Of a stretch of 64,000 nucleotides of DNA, positions 36,400-45,544 are shown in pieces; position 1 is the first letter of the stretch, and each line of letters opens with the position of its first letter. The DNA is from a virus: the IMG/VR virus record IMGVR_UViG_3300031993_000003; one strand, given 5' to 3'. The position numbers were made by a program, and so were the translations under genes. A model generated the notes under the pieces. That model saw only the letters and a program-made list of their open reading frames with translations, was not told the origin of the DNA and ran no database searches.

Positions 36400-36773
36400 T
36401 TTTCAAGGCGGCATACCTTGCGATATTCCTTCATTTTCTTCGCCGGATAATGGCCAAGATGCTAGTTACCCCCGATGACGACCGGGCGGTGTGCTACGAT
36501 GCCGGAAGCGGGACCATAGTGGTTCTTGGTAGGGCACGGGTAGGCGCCGAGCCTGGAAAGCGTGGCGTATTCAAGCTGTACACCAGTGGAGAACTTAGCA
36601 GGAGCGGCAGGAATGTCGACACGGCAGCAGCTGTCCTGCAGGGTATGAGAATGGAGCCTCCCGGATTGGACCGGGAGAAACTGTACAGTCTGTACCAAGC
36701 CATGTGCGTGAAGTACAACCGGCAGGAATGGTGCAACGACTTTGTATATGAAGTATATTCGAGGAAACGATGA
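36396..36773 (+). CDS. shared-leader family protein
   Basis: KAAYLAIFLHFLRRIMAKMLVTP. Confidence 0.8.
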   Translation: MIFKAAYLAIFLHFLRRIMAKMLVTPDDDRAVCYDAGSGTIVVLGRARVGAEPGKRGVFKLYTSGELSRSGRNVDTAAAVLQGMRMEPPGLDREKLYSLYQAMCVKYNRQEWCNDFVYEVYSRKR

Positions 36774-37123
36774 TACAGTCAATTAAGGATTACTTCGAGG
36801 ACCTAATCAATATGAGCACCCCGGATGACTGGGTTCGCCGTGTGCTACTGGTTCTCCTGGTGGCTGGCGGGTGCTTCGGCCTGGTAACCTGCTGGAACGC
36901 CGTGGATATCGGATACAAGGTAGTCGACGTGGATACCGGAGAGTGTATCGACATACCATCCGGTAATTTCTGGTGCTGCCTGAACTGTGGCGACCCGGAC
37001 GACAACAGGTTCGTTTCCGACTATGTATTCCAGAACAGGTCCACCGGAGAACTGCGGAAATATTCCAAGAATTCCCACCTGGTGACTACCAGGGGAACGA
37101 AGCGTGGGAGGTGCCAACAATGA
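36770..37123 (+). CDS. membrane-anchored hypothetical protein
   Basis: one hydrophobic segment. Confidence 0.65.
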   Translation: MIQSIKDYFEDLINMSTPDDWVRRVLLVLLVAGGCFGLVTCWNAVDIGYKVVDVDTGECIDIPSGNFWCCLNCGDPDDNRFVSDYVFQNRSTGELRKYSKNSHLVTTRGTKRGRCQQ

Positions 37124-37554
37124 TATCCGACTTCTTCTACCTGAACAAGCCGAAGGCTACCGAGGACGAGCGCATCGAATACTACCAGAGGCAGCTCGGG
37201 AAGGTCCGGGAGATGCTATCGCAGCATTTCTTCAAGCCGGAGCCGGCATACAAGGAAGCCTACCTCGAGAACACCAGGGTCACCTACATAGCGACCTCCG
37301 GCGAGGAGTGGATTATATACGTGACCACCGACCAGGTCTACATCAATCGCAACCGGTGGGACCGGGAGATTGACCGGTTCCAGCAGGAGAACCGCTGCAA
37401 GATACCGGAAATTGACTATATTTGTATCCTGATGCGCATGTTCCACGAGTGCGGCATAATGGTGCGCCCGTGCGACGGTACCCTCTGCATAACCCTGTAC
37501 AAGCACTGGCAGGACAAGGACGAATTCGACTACGACGAGGAAGAAGATGAGTAA
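37120..37554 (+). CDS. hypothetical protein
   Basis: ATGA coupling. Confidence 0.7.
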   Translation: MISDFFYLNKPKATEDERIEYYQRQLGKVREMLSQHFFKPEPAYKEAYLENTRVTYIATSGEEWIIYVTTDQVYINRNRWDREIDRFQQENRCKIPEIDYICILMRMFHECGIMVRPCDGTLCITLYKHWQDKDEFDYDEEEDE

Positions 37555-38200
37555 CCAGCCGAAATATCCAATTTCTGACCAGGAGATGCACGAACTCCTG
37601 GTAAAGTACCCGTTCCTCCGGTACCTCCCGGAGGACCTGGATAATCCCGACGACGAGGCCGTGCAGCTATCGGTCAACTACTACAAGATGTGGGACGGAA
37701 CCGGATGGGAGGACCTCTGGAAGAACAGGTACCTCCCGAGGCTGTTCCGGCTGTATGACAGTTGGGACGAGGAGAAGCGCAAGAGCTTCCAGTTCACCGA
37801 CGTCAAGTCAAAGTTTGGCGAGCTCCGCATCTATACCTCGGTATCCACCGGGGAGGACTCACTGGAGGGCATCGCTGAGAGTCTGTCCGGATGGATTTGC
37901 GAGCGCTGCGGTGCCGAGCCGAGGAATGCCGGGGGCTACCGGGAGATATGGACCACGAAGGGCTGGATTATGAACCTGTGCCGCCATTGCATGTACCGGG
38001 AACTACGGGTGCATGGCGGGAAGGACGGAGGTACAATGTCCAAGCAGGACGTGGATGCGGAAATCGACAGGCTGCACCACGTCGCCGAGAAGGGATTCGG
38101 GTATACCCGCTTCAGCCAGAAGGGGACGGTAAACGTAAAGTTCCGGGAGACGCCGGACGGGTGGTTGGCGAGAGATAGAGTGGAGGTAGTGCACAAATGA
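37547..38200 (+). CDS. conserved phage protein (VKxKFGxLRxY...CExCG)
   Basis: recognised motif. Confidence 0.75.
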   Translation: MSNQPKYPISDQEMHELLVKYPFLRYLPEDLDNPDDEAVQLSVNYYKMWDGTGWEDLWKNRYLPRLFRLYDSWDEEKRKSFQFTDVKSKFGELRIYTSVSTGEDSLEGIAESLSGWICERCGAEPRNAGGYREIWTTKGWIMNLCRHCMYRELRVHGGKDGGTMSKQDVDAEIDRLHHVAEKGFGYTRFSQKGTVNVKFRETPDGWLARDRVEVVHK

Positions 38201-38703
38201 GCATTATTGACAGATTGTGGTCTAGTATTTGCACATGTTATCCTACCGTAGCTATGTACAATGAATGCGTACTCAACGGGTTTACTTACATATTCAAGCG
38301 TTCAAGTCCAGATGAAATCTCGCTTCAGATTTACTACAAGAACTTGGAAAACGACTTTGGTGTAGTGTTCAAATCGGTGGTCGAAACCAAGGAGTATTCT
38401 CCATGTGTGACCATGAAATACCCACCGAAGGATAAATACGAGTTCATCCATGTTCAGGACCCGTTGGGTCAAATTGGAACATCCTTGCTTGGCGACTACA
38501 AGGATTGGAGTGATGAGGAAATCAATAATTGGGTAAACGGAATGCTTGCGGAGTATGGGAAGCTTGCTTCATGGCGTATATGGGTTTCCTTGAAGTTCAA
38601 GGAACTTGAATCCGCATTGCTTGAACCTGATTGGAACATCGTTGCGGCGATAACCAAAGAAATGAAAGAATATGCATCATTGATTTTTAACCCTGGTAAG
38701 TGA
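38197..38703 (+). CDS. hypothetical protein (lower GC)
   Basis: 168-aa ORF. Confidence 0.7.
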   Translation: MSIIDRLWSSICTCYPTVAMYNECVLNGFTYIFKRSSPDEISLQIYYKNLENDFGVVFKSVVETKEYSPCVTMKYPPKDKYEFIHVQDPLGQIGTSLLGDYKDWSDEEINNWVNGMLAEYGKLASWRIWVSLKFKELESALLEPDWNIVAAITKEMKEYASLIFNPGK

Positions 38704-38816
38704 TATAGTGGAGGTAGTTAAATGAGTATAGGACGCGAATATAATGATTCCTACGGAAGATAGGTGGTTAGATGTGTGCTTAGTGGATAACTTGACACAA
38801 GCGGGATTCGCCAAAG

Positions 38817-40346
38817 TTGACATAAACAGCCGACCGCAAGATACCGCCCGATGCCGCTAGGCATCGGGGAACCCTTTAGGGCGGTATTTAGGTCGGCTAC
38901 TGCATGGTCTACCTTGTAGTATATAGGGAACCTGAAATGTAAGAAATAAATAAGTTTCCATGAACAGATATTTATTATATATTTGAGTAAAGAACCACTA
39001 AACTTCTATTGAAGTCAAGAATACTGATATGGAACCGGTAAGGAGCGAAGAAACAAAGGCCAGGATACGGGCGAGCATGTCCGCGACGAAGGCGAGGCGG
39101 CAGACGCAGGTCTGCCGCGTGTTCGAGCTCAAGGTATCGGTCCGGCACAACCCGAAGGAAACGTTCAGGAAGCTTGCACAGTGCTTCAAGGAAGCTAAGT
39201 GGGTTGTCAACGACATGCTGTCGCAGACCAAGGACAATCCTGACAACAGCATGTTCGACTACAAGTACACGGAACACAGGGAAGTGGTTCACTACGACCG
39301 AGACAGGAACCCGATAACCGATACCATAACCTTGCCTTCGGTCCTGCACAGGGCTACCGTTGCCCAGAAGAAGACGGATATAGTCAACCTGGCGAAGGCT
39401 AAACAGAAGGGTATAAAGATAGGTGCACTGAAGTTCAGGAGCGAGGTGAACTGCCTGCCCATCATTACCGGTTTCACGCAGATACTGGACGGATGCAGGA
39501 TAACCATTCCCGGGTTCCGTAAGCTCCGTGTGCACGGGATTAACCAGCTGCATCAATTCGAGAAGTTTGAACTTGCCGACGCCAAGCTGATACGGAAGGC
39601 GTCCGGCTACTATGTCAAGATTAGCATAATGCTACCGAAGGAGAGGAGGAACCCTACCGGCAGGAATGTCGGTCTCGACTTCGGCATAAAGGATTCCATA
39701 ACGACGTCATACGGCGACAAGTACAAATGTGATGTGCGAGAAAGCGACCGCCTGAAATATCTTTCCAGGAAGCTGAACAAGCGCGGGAAGAAGAGGAACG
39801 AGAAGGGGTCGAAGCGATATTACAGGTGTCTTCGTCAGCTGAAACGTGAGTACGAGCATGTCGCCAACGCCCGCAAGGACGTCGGCAACAAAATCTACCA
39901 CAAACTGGTGACCGACTATGATGTCATATACTTTCAGGACGAGCAGATAAAGGGATGGCAGAAGGGCCTGTTCGGAAGACAGGTCCAGTCGTCCTGCCTC
40001 GGGTCACTGAAGCAGCGGCTGAAGTCCCTACAGGACTCCGGGCGCAGCTTCATGATTTCCAGGTGGGAGCCGACAACCAAGCTGTGCCCCGCCTGCGGGG
40101 CGATAAACCATCCCACACTGGCCGACCGCATCTACCTCTGTGGCTGCGGCTATACCATGGACAGGGACATCCATTCTGCTAGACTGGTCTTGATGATTGG
40201 CTCGTCAAAGAGAGCCGAGTGCCTGGAACAGGCCTCGATGGAGCCCGGACCTATTATACCGAGAAGCAGCGCAGCTGCGACGAGGCAAGCCCGGGCGGTG
40301 AAGTCGAAACAAGAAGCTGCCGCCCTTTAGGGCGGCGGTAGTTCAC
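38817..40346 (+). mobile_element. IS200/IS605-family tnpB-only element
   Basis: long hairpin at 38828-38898; right-end hairpin CCGCCCTTTAGGGCGG then GTAGTTCAC; no tnpA; left boundary approximate. Confidence 0.7.
39029..40330 (+). CDS. tnpB: TnpB family RNA-guided nuclease-like protein
   Basis: RuvC-I VGLDFG, TTKLCPACG/CGCG zinc finger, RuvC-III DRDIHSA. Confidence 0.85.
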   Translation: MEPVRSEETKARIRASMSATKARRQTQVCRVFELKVSVRHNPKETFRKLAQCFKEAKWVVNDMLSQTKDNPDNSMFDYKYTEHREVVHYDRDRNPITDTITLPSVLHRATVAQKKTDIVNLAKAKQKGIKIGALKFRSEVNCLPIITGFTQILDGCRITIPGFRKLRVHGINQLHQFEKFELADAKLIRKASGYYVKISIMLPKERRNPTGRNVGLDFGIKDSITTSYGDKYKCDVRESDRLKYLSRKLNKRGKKRNEKGSKRYYRCLRQLKREYEHVANARKDVGNKIYHKLVTDYDVIYFQDEQIKGWQKGLFGRQVQSSCLGSLKQRLKSLQDSGRSFMISRWEPTTKLCPACGAINHPTLADRIYLCGCGYTMDRDIHSARLVLMIGSSKRAECLEQASMEPGPIIPRSSAAATRQARAVKSKQEAAAL

Positions 40347-40381
40347 GATAAACTCCGGGTGTTGAAACTCGGAGTTTTTCT

Positions 40382-41257
40382 ATGCGTAACAGGTATCTCG
40401 CAATCAGCGTAAACGGCGGCGGCGCCCTCGGTATCGGCCCACTGGCATTCATGTGCAGGCTCGAGCAGGATACCGGGAAGAAACTGGGAGACCTGGCGGT
40501 TGCCTTCGCCGGTACCTCCACGGGTGCAATCATTGCTGCCGGACTGGACGAGGGATATTCCGCGCATGACCTCTTCGACCTATACAAGGACAACCTCCCG
40601 AAGATTTTCACGAAGTACCCGTGGTACAAGAGGATGACTGCCGGTTGCCCAACGTACGACAACAGCTTCCTGAAGAAGATGCTCCAGGATAAGTTCAAGG
40701 GTACGATGGACCAGTTCAAGAAGCCCATCTTCATCCCTACCACTCATACCAACGGCAAGAGCGTGGAGAAGGTTTGGGACCTCGGGGACACAGGTGTGGA
40801 GAAAGCCTTTTGCATATTAACGAGTACTGCGGCTCCTACGTATTTTGACTGCGTGCAGAAGGATGGTGAATCCTATTCGGATGGTGGGTTATTTTGTAAC
40901 GACCCTATAGCTGTACTTAATGCTGGTCTCAAGCGTTCTGCCTATGGAAGGGACCTTCGAATACTGTCGTTCAATACAGGCATGGAGACGCCGAATACTC
41001 TTAAAGGAAACCAGACGCTGCTCGGCTGGGGAACTTACTTACTGAGCGAATGGGTTGCCAGGGCAGGCAAGAGCAACCTGTACGAGGTATCTGCCGACCT
41101 CGGCTCGGAGAATGTCGCCGCGGCATCTCCCGAATGCTCCAAGAAGATTGACATGGATGACACATCAAGCAAGACTCTGGATAAGGTCATCGGAATATGG
41201 ACGGACTACTACGAGGCCCATAAGGACTACTTCAGGAAGTTCGTTTTGGGCAACTAA
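40382..41257 (+). CDS. patatin-like phospholipase
   Basis: GGGxxG, GTSTG, AAPTYF, DGG. Confidence 0.9.
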   Translation: MRNRYLAISVNGGGALGIGPLAFMCRLEQDTGKKLGDLAVAFAGTSTGAIIAAGLDEGYSAHDLFDLYKDNLPKIFTKYPWYKRMTAGCPTYDNSFLKKMLQDKFKGTMDQFKKPIFIPTTHTNGKSVEKVWDLGDTGVEKAFCILTSTAAPTYFDCVQKDGESYSDGGLFCNDPIAVLNAGLKRSAYGRDLRILSFNTGMETPNTLKGNQTLLGWGTYLLSEWVARAGKSNLYEVSADLGSENVAAASPECSKKIDMDDTSSKTLDKVIGIWTDYYEAHKDYFRKFVLGN

Positions 41258-41559
41258 CGGTTGATGCATAGGTCCTTCACGGAGGCTGCCCGGATAATCG
41301 GTATGGATACCTCCCGGTCGCCCATCTTGCACCTTACCTTATCGAACTCTACTTGATTGCTGTGGTCGGACTCGGCAATCAACCTGGGTTTTCGGTATGG
41401 TATCTTGTCACGTGACAAGACGATGCTTCTGGATAAGGCACTGTACCTGGACGCTGTGGATTCCCTGGTAGTCGCCTGGCATTTCGAAATAATCCACCTT
41501 GCCATCTGAAGTACAATAGTAACGTATACTGAAACCCGTAGACTTCTCCAAAGTTCCAT
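41254..41559 (-). CDS. divergent shared-leader family protein
   Basis: RVSVYVTIVLQMARWIISK. Confidence 0.6.
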   Translation of the reverse strand: MELWRSLRVSVYVTIVLQMARWIISKCQATTRESTASRYSALSRSIVLSRDKIPYRKPRLIAESDHSNQVEFDKVRCKMGDREVSIPIIRAASVKDLCINR

Positions 41560-41785
41560 TTCTTTCTTCCTCGGTTATCGGGTATTTTCCGCTTTGCGCC
41601 CGTTTAATCCGTTCGATATTGTCATTGTACAACTGGAAGTTCCTGGCGTATGCCTCGAGGAACTCATTGCTGCTGATGTCGATGGTGAACTTCGGGGTAC
41701 GTTCCTCCCGGACTTTCCGGATTATCTTCCGGAGGCCCCACAGGAATATCCCGGCATATGCTGCGGTTCTGACTGTGGGAATCAT
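41408..41785 (-). CDS. shared-leader family protein
   Basis: RTAAYAGIFLWGLRKIIRK; 3' end overlaps the next gene by ~150 nt. Confidence 0.65.
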   Translation of the reverse strand: MIPTVRTAAYAGIFLWGLRKIIRKVREERTPKFTIDISSNEFLEAYARNFQLYNDNIERIKRAQSGKYPITEEERNGTLEKSTGFSIRYYCTSDGKVDYFEMPGDYQGIHSVQVQCLIQKHRLVT

Positions 41786-42711
41786 TTTCTATCCTTCAGG
41801 AATCCACCTGACTTGCACCTGTCGACGATGTCCACCCAAGATTTCGGCTGTTCGCCGTCGTATCTCAGTTCGCACAGGTAGTCTACACGCCTTCCTGGGT
41901 GGGTATCGGCATATGAATCCTCGTAGGTGGTGTACGGATTGCATGACAGCCGGGCACACCTGTCTATTCCCTGGAGCCCGCTGTCTATGTCTGTATAGAG
42001 GACAAGGAAATTTCGCTCAGACTGGCCGGCATCCATGCCAGGTGCATCCAGTTGTATATCTTTTGCCTGCAGTTCCTCTATCTTTCGGTCACGCCACACG
42101 CAGGCCTGCTCATACGATGTAGTGTTGAGGGTGACTTCTGGCACTAGGGCCTTTCCGTTCGACCCTACCTCGAATACTCCCCCGTACCATACGGCCGAGC
42201 CCCGGTAAAGATTTTTCTGCCGGATTCTAACCTTGAAATTACCTAGTGGACGGTTTCTGTGGTTCGGGAACCGGTTGAAGTCGTTCTCGTCCAGTTCCGC
42301 GATTGCCTTATTAGGCATATGCCTGTACTTATACGGTACACCCCGGTTAATCAGTGTGGCTGCATTGTGCATTCTGTGACGGAACTGTTCCCTGGCGCAC
42401 TTGCTCAGCAGGTAGTGGGCGTACCAGTGTAGAAGGACTGTGAAAGTGACCGTATTGCGGTCGTCCAGTCCATCATCGTCCCGTCTGCGCTCGAAGTAGC
42501 ACGATGGAACTATATGGTGGACTTCCGTATAGCCGGATACTGATAGGTCATTGCTGAGTGCATATAGGCATAGCTTTGCATATTTCCATGCGCTCGGATG
42601 CGTATGTAGGATGAATTCGCCAAGCTGGGAAGTCCTGTCGTCTCCTATCAAGGAACATAGTTTACGGTAGTCTGCTTCGGATGCACCGGCGGTAATTTCT
42701 ATCAGGCGCAT
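41782..42711 (-). CDS. HNH homing-endonuclease-like protein
   Basis: EVHHIVP...N...HWYAH. Confidence 0.7.
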   Translation of the reverse strand: MRLIEITAGASEADYRKLCSLIGDDRTSQLGEFILHTHPSAWKYAKLCLYALSNDLSVSGYTEVHHIVPSCYFERRRDDDGLDDRNTVTFTVLLHWYAHYLLSKCAREQFRHRMHNAATLINRGVPYKYRHMPNKAIAELDENDFNRFPNHRNRPLGNFKVRIRQKNLYRGSAVWYGGVFEVGSNGKALVPEVTLNTTSYEQACVWRDRKIEELQAKDIQLDAPGMDAGQSERNFLVLYTDIDSGLQGIDRCARLSCNPYTTYEDSYADTHPGRRVDYLCELRYDGEQPKSWVDIVDRCKSGGFLKDRK

Positions 42712-42713
42712 AT

Positions 42714-42845
42714 CTAGTCCATGCCGATGCAGTGCTTGTAGAAGTATTTCTTCCAGAAGCACTCGTATCCGGGAGCGGTCTTTCCGGTGAAGAAGTAAGC
42801 GATGACATATAGCCAGTCTTCCATGTAGTTGTCCAGGTCCTTCAT
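42714..42845 (-). CDS. 43-aa aromatic-rich peptide (not in ORF track)
   Basis: MKDLDNYMEDWLY...; fills the gap with ATGA coupling. Confidence 0.5.
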   Translation of the reverse strand: MKDLDNYMEDWLYVIAYFFTGKTAPGYECFWKKYFYKHCIGMD

Positions 42846-43186
42846 CGCGCCTCCAGTTTTGCCAGTACCCGTTCCCATACCTGTTGCCACTGGTTGGCGG
42901 TGAGCTGCCGGCGGGTAGAATGTTCTGGGTCAGCCCCGGTGCCGTCGATATGGTATCGGTCGGTAGACTTGAATTCCGGAAGGCACTGCTCGTTGCCTAC
43001 TATCTCCATCCAGTACCTCCGCTGTGACTTCGCATATGCGATACGGAGCTTCCGGATGGTACCGGTGGCTACCCGGAGTTTCTCCTTGGCGTCAAGGGCA
43101 ATTTCGTAGTCCTCCCGGTGCACCTCTACGGTGTCCGGACCGTGGTCCAGGTGGTGGCAGGGATATTCGCCAAGTGGTAGAGCCAT
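42842..43186 (-). CDS. hypothetical protein
   Basis: TAATG coupling. Confidence 0.65.
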   Translation of the reverse strand: MALPLGEYPCHHLDHGPDTVEVHREDYEIALDAKEKLRVATGTIRKLRIAYAKSQRRYWMEIVGNEQCLPEFKSTDRYHIDGTGADPEHSTRRQLTANQWQQVWERVLAKLEAR

Positions 43187-43602
43187 TACTTGAGTTCCTT
43201 TGTGAGCATCTTGAAGGTGTCTTTGGCAGAAATCATTATGTCGCAGAGTTCGGAGGACTCGGCATACCCGAGGTTCTCGACGAGCTCGTTGGGGTCCTCG
43301 GTGGGCATGTCGGCATACTGGAGGACGGCAAACTTCCTGCTCTCGTGGAATAGGGAGATGAACCGTTCCTTGTACTTGTAGGTAAGAGTGCTCTCCAGGT
43401 GGAAAGCATCCAGGGCGGTGCACTTGCACGACAGGTACATCGGCCAGTATCGGTTGCCGTCGGAAAGGTAGAGGAAGTACGGACGGGACTTGCCGTCGTG
43501 TCCGTTGAACATCTTCCGGGCGGGTACCAGCAGCTTCCGGGATATCCGGCGGATAGCGTGCAGGAGAATGGCGGTATATGCAGCAGCCTTGAGCGAAGCC
43601 AT
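43186..43602 (-). CDS. shared-leader family protein
   Basis: KAAAYTAILLHAIRRISRKLLVPA. Confidence 0.8.
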   Translation of the reverse strand: MASLKAAAYTAILLHAIRRISRKLLVPARKMFNGHDGKSRPYFLYLSDGNRYWPMYLSCKCTALDAFHLESTLTYKYKERFISLFHESRKFAVLQYADMPTEDPNELVENLGYAESSELCDIMISAKDTFKMLTKELK

Positions 43603-43603
43603 T

Positions 43604-44005
43604 CTATAACCTTTCTATTGCCTTGTTTTCCGGCTTGGCCGGCACCTCGCCTGACATCAACCGCTTGACCAGGTCGTTGACCGTCTCTATCGGGATGAGG
43701 GTACTTTCACGCATCTTGAAGTAGAGGCCTTCTGCCTGGTCGGTAATCACCTCCAGTGCGGGTCTGCCGTCCATCAGGAGTTCCTTGGTATCGCGGACGG
43801 CGAGCACCTTGATGTTATTTCCCCTGACCTTGAGGATAATTGCGGCGGCATACTGTATGTATGCGTACATGCGGATAGCCTTGCGCAGTTCAGGGAAGTC
43901 CGGCGCCTTAAGCCCCATAAGGGCCATGTTGTCCAGGTTTATCGAGTCCTCGGTTTCCTGCGGGACATACTTGATGTTTTCCGGTTCCTGCATATCTTCT
44001 GCCAT
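43604..44005 (-). CDS. hypothetical protein
   Basis: 133-aa ORF. Confidence 0.7.
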   Translation of the reverse strand: MAEDMQEPENIKYVPQETEDSINLDNMALMGLKAPDFPELRKAIRMYAYIQYAAAIILKVRGNNIKVLAVRDTKELLMDGRPALEVITDQAEGLYFKMRESTLIPIETVNDLVKRLMSGEVPAKPENKAIERL

Positions 44006-44017
44006 TCCTGTTCGAGT

Positions 44018-44383
44018 TCACTGTAAGAGGGTAGGTTGTATTTCTGTTCCTGCTCCCGAATTGCCTTCTTTCTGTCCATCTTCAGTCCTTGTAAGTCCGG
44101 CGACTAGCCGGTCGCGGTTCCGCGTGAGTATCTCGCGGACTTCCATTTTGTCTAGTTCCTTGCACTTTGCGGAGTACTTCCTGATGCCCGCCTCGAATAT
44201 GTGGCGGAGGATGTTGAAGTATGCCGGCCTGTTGCGGTCAATGTCGGGCACCTTCTGCCTTGCCGACTGCTTGGCCATGCGGTACATAGCTTCGACCTTC
44301 GTGAGGGGGATGCCGTAGACTATGGCCTTGTCGACGAGCATCCTTGCCACGCGCGCGGGATATCTGTTTTCTATGGTACTCAT
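44018..44383 (-). CDS. hypothetical protein
   Basis: leaderless start after the promoter motif. Confidence 0.7.
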   Translation of the reverse strand: MSTIENRYPARVARMLVDKAIVYGIPLTKVEAMYRMAKQSARQKVPDIDRNRPAYFNILRHIFEAGIRKYSAKCKELDKMEVREILTRNRDRLVAGLTRTEDGQKEGNSGAGTEIQPTLLQ

Positions 44384-44473
44384 GCCCCAAATATAGCAAA
44401 AAATCGGACGGAGAAACGGGAAATTGCTATATTTGGTCGAGTAGATATCCCGCGCGAGACATAGTTTAAGAGT

Positions 44474-45511
44474 ATGACAGAGAAACAGCTTTATCCCATC
44501 GAATATCTTGGGAAGACATACAATACGACAATACACAGGGACCTTACCGACGAGGAGTACGAGGGAATAGTCGCCGGCATCCGCGCGAGACCCTCCCGGG
44601 AGGAAGTCCTCGCCCAGCTGAAGAGCGTCTCCGCCGGAGGCACCCGCATGGACAAGGTGTACTCATACTACTTCAAGGAGTGCGCATACAAGACCTGCCT
44701 CGTGTACAACAACTGGTCAATCGACGAGGCTTTGCGGCACAAGCCTTTGATGGAGTTCTTCGCCGGAAAGTCCGCCGAGAACAAGAAGGTATACCCGGAC
44801 ACGATGCCACTGTGGAAGAAGGTGGAGACCGCGTTCAGGCTCTGCGGGTTCAGGACATGCTCCAAGCCCAGCAACTTCCCGATGAAGGCCATAGACGGCC
44901 TCCTGGAGGCATACTGCCCGGCAGGCGGAAACTACTTCGACTATTCATGCGGATGGGGGGTAAGGCTGCTTTCGGCGCTTAAGCACAACGTGAACTACTT
45001 CGGTACCGACCCGAACTACGAGCTGGTCCCGAAGCTCAGGGAGATGGCAGTGGACTACCGGGAGGCTACTGGTGGCTCCCCGGAAGTCAACGCGAGGTGC
45101 ACCGGGAGCGAGCACCTGCAGGAGGACTGGGTGGGCAAGATGGACCTGGCCTTTACAAGCCCCCCGTACTTCAACCTGGAGGACTACCGGGTTGGCGACC
45201 AGTCCTACAAGGAGGGGACCGACTACGATTCCTGGCTGGAGAACTACGTCGGACCTACCGTAAGGAACTGCCGGGAGTACCTGAAGCCGGGCGGGATATT
45301 CGCCTTCAACATCAAGAACAACTTCAAGTACATAAAGCACGACCTGGAAGGGGACTGGGCAACGATAGCCGAGGAAACCGGTCTTGTATACATCGGAGAA
45401 GTCCCCCTGGAGAATATAACCAGGGTATCCGGGCACAGGCACGAGGACTCCGGGAATACCATGTTGAAGCACGACAATGACGAGGTAATCCGGCTCTACC
45501 GCAAGGCATAA
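44474..45511 (+). CDS. DNA amino-methyltransferase (N4-C or N6-A)
   Basis: motif I FDYSCGWG, motif IV FTSPPY, LKPGG. Confidence 0.85.
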   Translation: MTEKQLYPIEYLGKTYNTTIHRDLTDEEYEGIVAGIRARPSREEVLAQLKSVSAGGTRMDKVYSYYFKECAYKTCLVYNNWSIDEALRHKPLMEFFAGKSAENKKVYPDTMPLWKKVETAFRLCGFRTCSKPSNFPMKAIDGLLEAYCPAGGNYFDYSCGWGVRLLSALKHNVNYFGTDPNYELVPKLREMAVDYREATGGSPEVNARCTGSEHLQEDWVGKMDLAFTSPPYFNLEDYRVGDQSYKEGTDYDSWLENYVGPTVRNCREYLKPGGIFAFNIKNNFKYIKHDLEGDWATIAEETGLVYIGEVPLENITRVSGHRHEDSGNTMLKHDNDEVIRLYRKA

Positions 45512-45544
45512 ACTGCGGTCGAAACTAGAATATAGGGGATAGGA

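Noticed and set aside
40382-41257. CBASS operon (patatin plus JAB)
   Set aside because: No CD-NTase is present; the JAB gene is RadC-type and 24 kb away.
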